Assembly (NCBI GenBank): GCA_965228475.1 | Contig: OZ245817.1 | Span: 2,528,001 to 2,592,000 of the forward strand | DNA: 64,000 bases | Reading direction: 5' to 3' | Origin: Myxococcota bacterium | GTDB lineage: Bacteria; Myxococcota_A; UBA9160; JAFDDA01 | Shown here: positions 25,790 to 34,577 of the stretch, piece after piece | How positions within the stretch are numbered: the first letter of the stretch is position 1 | How the letters are laid out: the number at the start of each line of letters is the position of its first letter | The notes under the pieces: model-generated | Databases searched by the model: none | The model's input: the letters and a program-made list of their open reading frames with translations, nothing else | Told to the model about the DNA's origin: nothing | Made by a program: the position numbers and the translations under genes

Positions 25790-26367
25790 ATCTCCGCGCG
25801 CTGCGCCTCGGGCCCCCAGGCCTGGAAGACGCGCTCGGCGTAGCGGCGCGGGATCGGATGCCCGCGGCGCAGGAGCCGCGCCACGCGGGTCGGGCCGGCG
25901 TTGTAGGCCGCGAGCGCCACCTGCACGTCGCCGAAGCGATCGATCAGCTCCTCCAGGTAGCGCACGCCGAGGCGCACGTTCTGGACCGGGTCATAGAGGG
26001 TTTCGGGCCCCTGCCACGGGATGCCGTGGTCGAGGGCCAGGTGGAGGCCGGTGTTCGGGAGGAGCTGCATGAGGCCCCGGGCGCCGGCGTGGGAGCGCGC
26101 GCGGATCCGGCCGCCGCTCTCGACCTCGATCACGGCCAGGACCATGGCCGGGGAGAGCCCGGCCCGCTCGGCTTCGTCCACGACGGCCGGGACGAGGCGG
26201 GCCAGGTCGCGATCGGTCAGGCCCGTCGTGCGGGCCTCGAAGTACTCGCGGACCGCGGCCTCGGGATTGCGCTCGAGGGCCGTCGCTCCCGGCATCTCGG
26301 CCGGAACCCAGTGCACCGAGGTGAGCACCAGGCTCACCGCGAACAGCAGCGCGTAGCGTCCACGCAT
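25786..26367 (-). CDS. lytic transglycosylase (SLT domain)
   Basis: AVIEVESGG, SHAGARGLMQL, NVRLGVRYL, ALAAYNAGP. Confidence 0.92.
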   Translation of the reverse strand: MRGRYALLFAVSLVLTSVHWVPAEMPGATALERNPEAAVREYFEARTTGLTDRDLARLVPAVVDEAERAGLSPAMVLAVIEVESGGRIRARSHAGARGLMQLLPNTGLHLALDHGIPWQGPETLYDPVQNVRLGVRYLEELIDRFGDVQVALAAYNAGPTRVARLLRRGHPIPRRYAERVFQAWGPEAQRAEI

Positions 26368-26728
26368 CTTGGACTCCTCGGGCTCCCGCCTCGAGCCGGA
26401 CCCTGCAGCGAAGCCGCAGGCTCGGCTCTCGATGGGTGCCCTCGACGCCCCTTCGGGCATCGCGGCGTTCCGTCCTGGGATTGTACCCGCCTCGGGGCTC
26501 CCGGTTTCAACCCCGGGGGCCCTGGCCGGGCGGTTTCGTCCCAGGGGGCGGCCTGGGCCCGCCCTCACGGATCTTCACGGCCGATCATCCAGGGCCCTTG
26601 ACCGCCTCGGTCACAGAGTGCCCCCGCGGGGACTCTCGTGGAAGCCGGGGCGGGCCTGCCGCGAATCTTCTGCACGTTTCGCGCTGGCCGACCGATCGGT
26701 AAGCTGGGCGCGCGCCCTGGAGCCCCGC

Positions 26729-28213
26729 ATGGCAACCGAACCCGTCGACAGCGCCGTTCTCGAGACCGCCCCCCTCGCCCCCGGCGAGCTCTTCCGCATC
26801 TGGTCGAAGCACCTGACCTCGCTCTTCCTCCCCGGCCTGAGCCTCGCCTTCGTCCTGACCGGCCCGCACGCGTGGTGGGTCGCGATCCTCTTCGTGCTCC
26901 CGACCGTCTTCATGCACCACGTCGACTGCTCGCTGAAAGTCGAGCGTCGGCAGCCGTCGCGAAGCGTTCCGGCCTGGCCCTTCGACGCGCTCGTCTACGT
27001 GCTGGCGGGGCTGCAGGTCTGGGTGATCGTCGAACTCGTCCGCATGTTCGCCGCCGGCCAGGGCATCTTCTCGGTCGACATGGTGATGACGTTCCTCGTC
27101 GTCGGCGGGAGCAGCGGTTTCTCCATCATCACCGCCCACGAGCTGATCCACCGCCCGCGCAAGTGGGAGCAGCAGATCGGGCGGCTCCTGCTCTCCCTCG
27201 TGCTCTACGAGCACTTCTACACCGAGCACCTGCGCGGCCATCACGTGCGCGTCGGCACCGCCGACGACCCGGCCACCGCGCGCTTCGGCGAGCGCTACGA
27301 GCCCTTCTTCCGGCGCACCGTGCCGGCCCAGTTCAGGAGCGCCTGGCGCCTCGAGACCCGGCGCCTCGGCGACGAGAACATGTCGCTCTTCGACGCCCGC
27401 CAGCTCGGCAACCGCGTCCTCCACGGCCTCGTCTTCGAGTGGGGGCTCGCCCTCGCGGTCCTCGGCTTCTTCGGCATCGCGGCCTTCGTGGCCTTCGTGG
27501 TGCAGGCTTTCATGGCGGTCCGCCTGCTCGAGGCCGTGAACTACTTCGAGCACTGGGGCCTCCAGCGCCGGGGCAACCGCGTCGCCCCCGTCGACTCCTG
27601 GGACACCCACGGCTGGTTCACCTACTACGGCCTCGTCGGACTCTCGCGCCACGCGGACCACCACGCCTATCCGATCCGCCCCTACCAGAAGCTCCGCGTC
27701 TGGGAGGAGGCCCCGGTCCTCCCTTACGGCTACGTCGGCACCGTCGACCAGGTCATGGCGAAGAACGACGAGTTCATGGAGACGGCGACGGTCGAGCTCG
27801 GGCGCCGCCGCCTCGGGCCGTTCTTCGAGGAGGGCGCCGAGCCGCTCTCGAAGGAAGCGTCCCTCGCGCGCCTCGCGGAGGCGGCGGAGGCCGAAGGCGG
27901 CGAGACGACCTACGGGCCGATCAGCGCGCTGCGCGCCTTCTTCGGATGGTTCCGTTCGCCCGCACGCATCGCCGGCCTCGTCATCGGCATGGCCTTGCTC
28001 TCGGCGGGCCTCGTGTACCTCGAGACCGGCGCGGCCGCGATGGGCCTCGGCGCGCGGGCGCTGCTCCACCTGTGGATCTTCGCGTCGGTTGCGGTGTTCA
28101 TCTTCATCGGGCACCAACTGAACGTGAGGACCGAGCACGAGTCCTTCTCCTGGAGCGTGGCCATGGCCGTGCTCGCCGTACTCGGTACGGCTTCGGGAGC
28201 CCTCATCGGCTGA
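26729..28213 (+). CDS. AlkB-like alkane 1-monooxygenase / membrane di-iron oxygenase with C-terminal TM extension
   Basis: AHELIH, EHLRGHH, NYFEHWGL and LSRHADHH histidine boxes; DPATARFGE. Confidence 0.85.
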   Translation: MATEPVDSAVLETAPLAPGELFRIWSKHLTSLFLPGLSLAFVLTGPHAWWVAILFVLPTVFMHHVDCSLKVERRQPSRSVPAWPFDALVYVLAGLQVWVIVELVRMFAAGQGIFSVDMVMTFLVVGGSSGFSIITAHELIHRPRKWEQQIGRLLLSLVLYEHFYTEHLRGHHVRVGTADDPATARFGERYEPFFRRTVPAQFRSAWRLETRRLGDENMSLFDARQLGNRVLHGLVFEWGLALAVLGFFGIAAFVAFVVQAFMAVRLLEAVNYFEHWGLQRRGNRVAPVDSWDTHGWFTYYGLVGLSRHADHHAYPIRPYQKLRVWEEAPVLPYGYVGTVDQVMAKNDEFMETATVELGRRRLGPFFEEGAEPLSKEASLARLAEAAEAEGGETTYGPISALRAFFGWFRSPARIAGLVIGMALLSAGLVYLETGAAAMGLGARALLHLWIFASVAVFIFIGHQLNVRTEHESFSWSVAMAVLAVLGTASGALIG

Positions 28214-28259
28214 GGCGCGGGCGTGTCCGAACGAGGCACTCCCGGCACGGGAGGCCCGG

Positions 28260-28727
28260 ATGGCCTGGAAGAACTGGCGCAAGGAAGTGCCGGACGTCGC
28301 CGTCGACTTCACCTGCTTCGACGTCAAGCGCCGCACGACCGGCCAGAAGCACGTCCTCTTCCGCCTGGTCGACCCGCTCGTCGTCACGCGCCACGACACC
28401 GGCGAGACGCTCGAGCTCGCGCCGGGCTTCCTGAGCGACGGCTCGAGCGTCCCCGGCGCGCTCTGGGGCGCCCTCCACGCCGATCCGGCGGACCTGCTCG
28501 TTCCCGGCTTCGCCCACGACTACGCCTACCGGAAGAAGGCCGTCTGGCGGAAACCCGGCGGCGCGACGCGCGAGATCGACCGCTACCAGGCCGACCTCCT
28601 CCACATCGCCGTGTGCCGACGCCTACGCATCCGGAAGTCCGACCAGGAGAAGATCTTCTTCGCCCTGCGGGTGGCCGGCGGCTTCTCCTATCGCAACCGG
28701 AAGATCGGCTGGGACGGCACGGGCTAG
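28260..28727 (+). CDS. DUF1353 domain protein
   Basis: PGFLSDGSSVP...AHDYAY...R.QADLL...ALRVAG. Confidence 0.8.
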   Translation: MAWKNWRKEVPDVAVDFTCFDVKRRTTGQKHVLFRLVDPLVVTRHDTGETLELAPGFLSDGSSVPGALWGALHADPADLLVPGFAHDYAYRKKAVWRKPGGATREIDRYQADLLHIAVCRRLRIRKSDQEKIFFALRVAGGFSYRNRKIGWDGTG

Positions 28728-28783
28728 CGCCAGGCCGACGCGCCGCTTGCGCCCGCTGCACCCGCGCTCGTAGGATCGAGCGC

Positions 28784-31006
28784 ATGAAACGATCGTCTCG
28801 GGTGCTGTACGGCCTCTTCGTTCTGATCGCGGCGCTCGCGAGCGGTTGCGGCGGTGAGCGCACCGCGGGCGAGATCACGGGGGAACCCCGTCCGCCCGAG
28901 GCGGTGGCGGCGGCCGCCGCCGCCCAGGCGCAGGCTCGCGAAGCACTCGCGCTGCGCTCGGCCTCTGCTCCCGCCGAGAAGGCGATCCTCTTCGGCGACC
29001 TCCACGTCCACACGACCTGGTCCTTCGACGCCTTCCTCTATTCGCTGCCCGTCACCGGCGGCGAGGGTGCCTACCCGCCCGCGGACGCCTGCGACTTCGC
29101 GCGCCACTGCTCGGCCCTCGACTTCTACGCCCTCACCGACCACGCCGAGAACCTGACGCCCGCGCACTGGGCCGCGGAGAAGGAGAGCGTGCGCCAGTGC
29201 AACGCGCGCGCGGGCAACCCGGAGGATCCGGACCTCGTCGCCTTCACCGGCTTCGAGTGGACCCAGGTCGGCTTGACGCCCGAGACCCACTGGGGCCACA
29301 AGAACGTGATCTTCCCGGGCACCGGCGAAGACGAACTCCCAGCGCGGCCGATCGGCTCCGTCGACGGGGAAGGCGGCCTCGTCTCGGGCTTCGAACCCAT
29401 CGGCGGCCTGCGCTGGATCGACCCGCTCGGATTCGGGGAGTACGCGGACTTCCTGTGGCTTCTCGACGAGCTCGCCGCCCAGCCGCGCTGCGAGAAGGGC
29501 GTCGATACCCGCTCGCTCCCCACCGAGTGCATGGAGTCGGCCACGACGCCCGCGGCGCTCTTCGAGAAGCTCGACCAGTGGGGCTTCGATGCCCTCGTCA
29601 TCCCCCACGGCACGGCCTGGGGGACGTACACGCCGCCCGGCACGACGATCGACAAGCACCTCACGGCCGAGCAGCACGACCCCGAGCGGCAGGGCCTCGT
29701 CGAGATCATGTCCGGGCACGGGAACTCGGAGGAGTACCGCCCCTGGAACTCCGTCGAAACGGGTCCGGACGGCGCACCGATCTGCCCCGAGCCGAGCGCG
29801 GACTTCCTGCCCTGCTGCTGGCGCGCGGGCCAGATCATGCGCGAGCGCTGCGGCGACCTCCCCGAGGCCGAGTGCGAGGCGCGCGTGGAGCTCGCCCAGC
29901 AGCTCACGCTCGCGGCGAACGTCTCGCATCAGCTCGTGTTCCCGGACACCCGCGCCGAAGACTGGCTCGACTGCGACCAGTGCCGCGACTGCTTCAAGCC
30001 CGCCTTCGGCCTGCGCCCGAAGGAGACGGTCCAGTACGCGATGGCGCTCTCGAACCCCGAGGCCACCGACGAGAACGGAGACCCGCTGCGCTTCCGGTTC
30101 GGCTTCCTCTCCTCGAGCGACAACCACTCCGCGCGGCCGGGAACCGGCTACAAGCAGTACGAACGGCGCCGCATGACCGACGCGCGCGGCGTGCGCTCGG
30201 CGTTCTACGAGAGCCTCGTCCGCCCCGAGCCGGACGTCGACCCCCAGGTGCCCCAGCCCGTCGAGGTCCGCGGCGGCCTGACCGACCGCGATACCGAGCG
30301 GGTGCAGAGCTACTTCTACACGGGCGGCCTGGTCGCCCTGCACAGCGAGGGGCGCAGCCGCGAAGCGATCTGGCGCGCGCTCAAGGCCCGCGAGGTCTAC
30401 GGCACGAGCGGCCCGCGCATCCTGCTCTGGTTCGACCTGCTGAACGGCCCCGGCGGCCCGGCCCCCATGGGCAGCGAGCACGACTTCGCGGGGATCCCGC
30501 TCTTCGAGGTGCGCGCCCTCGGCGCCTTCGAACAGAAGCCCGGCTGCCCGGAGTCCGCGACGTCGGCCCTTCCCGCCGACCGCATCGAACGCCTCTGCCG
30601 CGGCGAGTGCCACAACCCGAGCGACACGCGCCACCCGATCGTCGCCCTCGAGATCATCCGCATCCGGCCCCAGGTGCACGCGGGTGAGGACGTCGGTGAG
30701 CTCATCGAAGACCCGTGGAAGCGCATCGCCTGCGAGCCGACGCCCGAAGGCTGCGTCGCCCGCTTCGAGGACGCCGAGTACCCGACCCTCGGCCGCGACG
30801 TCCTCTACTACGCCCGCGCCATCCAGGAAGAGACCCCGGCCATCAACGGCGCCCAGCTGCGCACCACCTTCGACGAAGCCGGCAACGCCCTCGCCACCGA
30901 CCCGTGTTACGGCGACTACCGCACCGACTTCGGCGAGAACTGCCTCGCACCCGTCTCCGAGCGCGCCTGGTCCTCGCCGATCTTCCTGAACGCGAAAGCC
31001 CGCTGA
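28784..31006 (+). CDS. DUF3604 domain lipoprotein (PHP-like metallo fold)
   Basis: LASGC lipobox; FGDLHVHTTWSFDA, DFYALTDHAE, GFEWT, HKNVIF, SSDNHSARPG, YGTSGPRI, ERAWSSPIF. Confidence 0.88.
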   Translation: MKRSSRVLYGLFVLIAALASGCGGERTAGEITGEPRPPEAVAAAAAAQAQAREALALRSASAPAEKAILFGDLHVHTTWSFDAFLYSLPVTGGEGAYPPADACDFARHCSALDFYALTDHAENLTPAHWAAEKESVRQCNARAGNPEDPDLVAFTGFEWTQVGLTPETHWGHKNVIFPGTGEDELPARPIGSVDGEGGLVSGFEPIGGLRWIDPLGFGEYADFLWLLDELAAQPRCEKGVDTRSLPTECMESATTPAALFEKLDQWGFDALVIPHGTAWGTYTPPGTTIDKHLTAEQHDPERQGLVEIMSGHGNSEEYRPWNSVETGPDGAPICPEPSADFLPCCWRAGQIMRERCGDLPEAECEARVELAQQLTLAANVSHQLVFPDTRAEDWLDCDQCRDCFKPAFGLRPKETVQYAMALSNPEATDENGDPLRFRFGFLSSSDNHSARPGTGYKQYERRRMTDARGVRSAFYESLVRPEPDVDPQVPQPVEVRGGLTDRDTERVQSYFYTGGLVALHSEGRSREAIWRALKAREVYGTSGPRILLWFDLLNGPGGPAPMGSEHDFAGIPLFEVRALGAFEQKPGCPESATSALPADRIERLCRGECHNPSDTRHPIVALEIIRIRPQVHAGEDVGELIEDPWKRIACEPTPEGCVARFEDAEYPTLGRDVLYYARAIQEETPAINGAQLRTTFDEAGNALATDPCYGDYRTDFGENCLAPVSERAWSSPIFLNAKAR

Positions 31007-31038
31007 GACCGCCCGCACCCCCGGCCCAAGGAGCCCCC

Positions 31039-31869
31039 GTGCCCGATTCCGATGCCTACGAAACCCTCGACGTCCGCGTCGAGGACCACCTGTGCTGGCT
31101 GACCCTCGACCGGCCCGAGTCGCTCAACGCGATGAGCCGCCAGCTCGTGACGGACCTGCGGGACTTCCTCGCGCGGCTCCCCGAGCGGCGCGACATCCGC
31201 GTCGTGCTGCTACGTGGCGCCGGGCGTGCCTTTTGCGCGGGTCTCGACCTCAAGGAAGCATCCGCCGCTCCCTCGGGCGCCGAGGCGGGCGAATCGGGCA
31301 CGAACCGCGTCGGGGCCGGCCTGCGCGCGCAGCGGCGCATCTCGGAACTCGTGATCGCCATGCGGCGCGCGCCGCAGCCCTTCATCGCGTGCGTCCACGG
31401 GGCGGCCAGCGGAGGCGGCTTCGCCCTCGCGCTCGCCTCGGACGTCCGCATCGCCGGCGAATCCGCACGAATGAACGCCGCCTTCATCCGCATCGGCCTG
31501 TCCGCCTGCGACATCGGCGTGAGCTACTTCCTGCCGCGCCTGGTCGGCGCCTCCCTGGCTTCCGAGCTCCTGCTGACGGGGAAGTTCATCGGCGCCGAGC
31601 GGGCCCTCGCCCGCGGCCTCGTTTCCGACGTGGTGCCGGACGACGAACTCGACGCCGCGGGCGAAACGCTCGCGCGAGAAATCCTGCGCAACTCACCCCT
31701 GGGCGTGAAGCTCACCAAGGAAGCCCTCGGCATGAGCCTCGACGCGGGCAGCCTCGAGCAGGTCATCGCCATGGAAGACCGCAACCAGATGCTCTGCGTC
31801 CAGTCACCCGACGTCATCGAAGGAATGAAGGCGTTCCTGGAGAAGCGGACGCCGAGCTACACGGACTGA
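31039..31869 (+). CDS. enoyl-CoA hydratase/isomerase family protein
   Basis: AAGGAG SD plus GTG; TLDRPESLNA, AFCAGLDL, GAASGGG, AFLEKR. Confidence 0.92.
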   Translation: MPDSDAYETLDVRVEDHLCWLTLDRPESLNAMSRQLVTDLRDFLARLPERRDIRVVLLRGAGRAFCAGLDLKEASAAPSGAEAGESGTNRVGAGLRAQRRISELVIAMRRAPQPFIACVHGAASGGGFALALASDVRIAGESARMNAAFIRIGLSACDIGVSYFLPRLVGASLASELLLTGKFIGAERALARGLVSDVVPDDELDAAGETLAREILRNSPLGVKLTKEALGMSLDAGSLEQVIAMEDRNQMLCVQSPDVIEGMKAFLEKRTPSYTD

Positions 31870-31917
31870 AGGCTACGTCGATGGAGGGGGTGGGATCGCC
31901 AAAGGACGGAGCGAAAG

Positions 31918-31993
31918 TGGTGACCCCAACGGGGTTCGAACCCGTGTTACCGCCTTGAAAGGGCGGAGTCCTAGGCCTCTAGACGATGGGGTC
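31918..31993 (-). tRNA. tRNA-Glu (anticodon UUC), CCA encoded
   Basis: GACCCCATCGTCTAGAGGCCTAGGACTCCGCCCTTTCAAGGCGGTAACACGGGTTCGAACCCCGTTGGGGTCACCA; acceptor stem, anticodon arm CCGCC-CTTTCAA-GGCGG, TTCGAA T-loop. Confidence 0.97.
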
Positions 31994-32031
31994 ACGGCGG
32001 CGGAGTATGGCGGATCCGTGGGCCGGCCGCC

Positions 32032-32757
32032 CTACCCCTTCCGGGACTTCCTGGGCCTCGCGGCGGCTTCCTGCTCGGCGGCCTTCGCCCGCTTCGCCTC
32101 GGCGGCGCGCAGGTCGAGGTGGCGCCACATGTACCAGCTCCCGACGCTCCGGAAGGGCCGCCAGGGCTCGGCGATCGCCTCCATGGTCTCGGGCTTCGGC
32201 AGCTCCGCGAGGCCGTAGAGGTCCTGCATGCCCTTGCGAACGCCGTAGTCGCCCGTGGGCAGGACGTCCGGCCGGCCGAGGCAGAACATGAGGGTCATGT
32301 GGGCGGTCCATTCGCCGATGCCGCGGACCTGGATGAGGTTCTCGACGATCGCGTCGTCGTCCATGTACGGAAAGCGGCGGGGCCGGACGTCGCCGTCGCG
32401 GACGGCGCAGGCCACGGCCTTCATGGCGGCACTCTTCTGGCGCGAGAGGCCCGCCTTGCGCAGGCGCGGGTCGCGCGTGGCGAGGAGCTCCTCCGGCTCC
32501 GGGTAGCGCCCGCCGTAGAGGGCCACGAAACGGCCTTCGATGGTCTTCGCGGCGGCACCCGCGAGCTGCTGGAAGAGGATCGAGCGCAGCAGCGAGCGAT
32601 ACGGCGCGCCGGTCGGCCGGATCACGGGCGGGCCGTAGGCGCGCACCACGCCCCGGAGCTTCGCGTCGCGGCGCGGCAGCAGGCGATGCGCCCGGGCGAG
32701 CTGCGCCGCATCGAGGCGGACGGGGCGAGTGGACCGAGGGGTGGCTGCGGAAGGCAT
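32032..32757 (-). CDS. DNA-3-methyladenine glycosylase II (AlkA/HhH-GPD family)
   Basis: SILFQQLAGAAA, AGLSRQK, VRGIGEWTA HhH, RPDVLPTGDYGVR, WRPFRS. Confidence 0.9.
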   Translation of the reverse strand: MPSAATPRSTRPVRLDAAQLARAHRLLPRRDAKLRGVVRAYGPPVIRPTGAPYRSLLRSILFQQLAGAAAKTIEGRFVALYGGRYPEPEELLATRDPRLRKAGLSRQKSAAMKAVACAVRDGDVRPRRFPYMDDDAIVENLIQVRGIGEWTAHMTLMFCLGRPDVLPTGDYGVRKGMQDLYGLAELPKPETMEAIAEPWRPFRSVGSWYMWRHLDLRAAEAKRAKAAEQEAAARPRKSRKG

Positions 32758-32837
32758 GCATGCGCACGCTAGCGCAGGCCTGCCGCAGGCCACGTGCACG
32801 GTGCTCTCCGCACGCAGCAAGGGTATTCTCCCGAGCC

Positions 32838-34001
32838 ATGGAGCGCCCGGTCGAAGTCTCGTTCGTGATGCCGTGCCTGAACGAGGCCGAGACCCTCGCG
32901 GATTGCATCCGCGCGGCGAAGGGCTGCATCGAACGCCACGGCCTTTCCGCCGAGATCGTCATCGCCGACAACGGCAGCACCGACGGCTCCCAGGACATCG
33001 CCCGCAGCGAAGGCGCGCGGGTCGTCGACATCGAGGAGCGCGGCTACGGCGCGGCGCTGCTCGGCGGCTTCGAGGCGGCCCACGGCGAGTTCCTCATCAT
33101 GGGCGACGCCGACATGAGCTACGACTTCGGCGAAGCGTTCCCGATGGTCGAAGCCATGCGCGCAGGGGCCGACGTCGTGATGGGCTCGCGCTTCCGCGGC
33201 CGCATCGAGCCGGGCGCCATGCCCTTCCTCCACAAGTACCTCGGAAACCCCGTGCTCTCCTTCCTCGGGCGCTTCCTCTTCCGCATCGAGATCTCGGACT
33301 TCCACTGCGGCCTGCGCGGCTTCACGAAGAAGGCCTTCCACGCGATGAACCTCCGCACGAGCGGCATGGAGCTCGCGAGCGAGATCGTCGTGAAGGCGGC
33401 CACGGGGAAGATGCGCATCGCGGAAGTCCCGGTGACGCTCCGCCCCGACGGCCGCTCCCGCGCCCCGCACCTGCGCACGTGGCGCGACGGCTGGCGGCAC
33501 CTGCGCTTCCTCCTCACGCTCTCGCCGCGCTACACGCTCTTCGTCCCCGGGAGCGTCCTGCTCCTGCTCGGCGGAGCCCTGCTCGCGGCGGTGGCGCCCG
33601 GCCCGCTCTCCGTGGGCTCGGTGGTCCTCGACGTCCATACGATGCTCGTCGGGAGCCTGCTCGTGATCACGGGCTATCAGGCCATCACCACCGCCTTCGC
33701 GGCACGCATCTTCGCGCTGGAAGAGGAGATCGGGCCGCCGGCGCCCTGGCTCGAAAAGAGCTTCTCGATCTTCACGCTCGAGCGCGGAATCGTCGGCGGG
33801 CTGCTGCTCGCGCTCCTCGGCGTCGGCATCATCGGGCGCCTGATCGCGCACTGGGCCTCCCTCGACTTCGGGCCCCTCGACGCCTCGGCGACCCTCCGCC
33901 CCATGGTCTTCGGCGCGACCTTCGTCGCCCTCGGCATCCAGACCCTCCTCATGTCGTTCCTCTACAGCATGATGGGGATCAAGCGGAGACGATCCCGCTA
34001 G
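32838..34001 (+). CDS. GT2 glycosyltransferase (DPM1/polyprenol-phosphate sugar synthase-like) with C-terminal TMs
   Basis: VMPCLNEAE, DNGSTDGS, GYGAAL, MGDAD, SDFHCGLRGF, HLRTWRDGWRHL. Confidence 0.92.
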   Translation: MERPVEVSFVMPCLNEAETLADCIRAAKGCIERHGLSAEIVIADNGSTDGSQDIARSEGARVVDIEERGYGAALLGGFEAAHGEFLIMGDADMSYDFGEAFPMVEAMRAGADVVMGSRFRGRIEPGAMPFLHKYLGNPVLSFLGRFLFRIEISDFHCGLRGFTKKAFHAMNLRTSGMELASEIVVKAATGKMRIAEVPVTLRPDGRSRAPHLRTWRDGWRHLRFLLTLSPRYTLFVPGSVLLLLGGALLAAVAPGPLSVGSVVLDVHTMLVGSLLVITGYQAITTAFAARIFALEEEIGPPAPWLEKSFSIFTLERGIVGGLLLALLGVGIIGRLIAHWASLDFGPLDASATLRPMVFGATFVALGIQTLLMSFLYSMMGIKRRRSR

Positions 34002-34022
34002 ATGACGCCGGGCTCCCGCTAG

Positions 34023-34577
34023 ATGCGCACCATCGACCACATCCTTTCGCGCTGGCGGATCGGCAAGGCCGCCGCCTGGACGCGCCCGGGCGACCGGCTC
34101 CTCGACGTCGGATGCTACGACGGAAGCCTGATCCGCGAGGTGCGCCCACGCATCGCGAGCGCGGTTGGCATCGACGCCGTGGCCGAGCCGAGCGATGCGG
34201 GCGACGGCGTGCGCATCGTGCGAGGCCACTTCCCCGAAGACCTCTCCGAGCCCGACGGGAGCTTCGACTGCATCACGGCCCTCGCGGTGCTCGAGCACGT
34301 GACGGACCCGCCGGCCTTCGCCGCCGCCTGCCATCGCCTGCTCTCCCCCGGCGGCCGGGTCGTGCTGACGGTTCCCCACCCGCGCGTCGACGGCATCGTC
34401 GACACCCTGATCGCCCTGCGCCTCGCCGACGGCATGGACTTCGAAGAGCACCACGGGTTCGACGTCGGCCGTACACGCCCCATCTTCGAGGAGGCAGGGT
34501 TCAGGCTGCGGGCCGAGCGCGCCTTCCAGCTCGGCCTGAACCGGCTCTTCGTGTTCGAGAAGCCGGGGCCCGCCTAG
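34023..34577 (+). CDS. class I SAM-dependent methyltransferase
   Basis: LLDVGCYDG, FDCITALAVLEHV, LSPGGRVVLTVP. Confidence 0.9.
   Translation: MRTIDHILSRWRIGKAAAWTRPGDRLLDVGCYDGSLIREVRPRIASAVGIDAVAEPSDAGDGVRIVRGHFPEDLSEPDGSFDCITALAVLEHVTDPPAFAAACHRLLSPGGRVVLTVPHPRVDGIVDTLIALRLADGMDFEEHHGFDVGRTRPIFEEAGFRLRAERAFQLGLNRLFVFEKPGPA

Noticed and set aside
25786..28727. Phage remnant suggested by the lytic transglycosylase and DUF1353
   Set aside because: No structural, terminase or integrase genes; the SLT has a cellular-type N-terminal anchor; both sit among metabolic genes
31870..32031. Integrative element or prophage at tRNA-Glu
   Set aside because: No integrase, no duplicated tRNA 3' end seen and no compositional shift on either side
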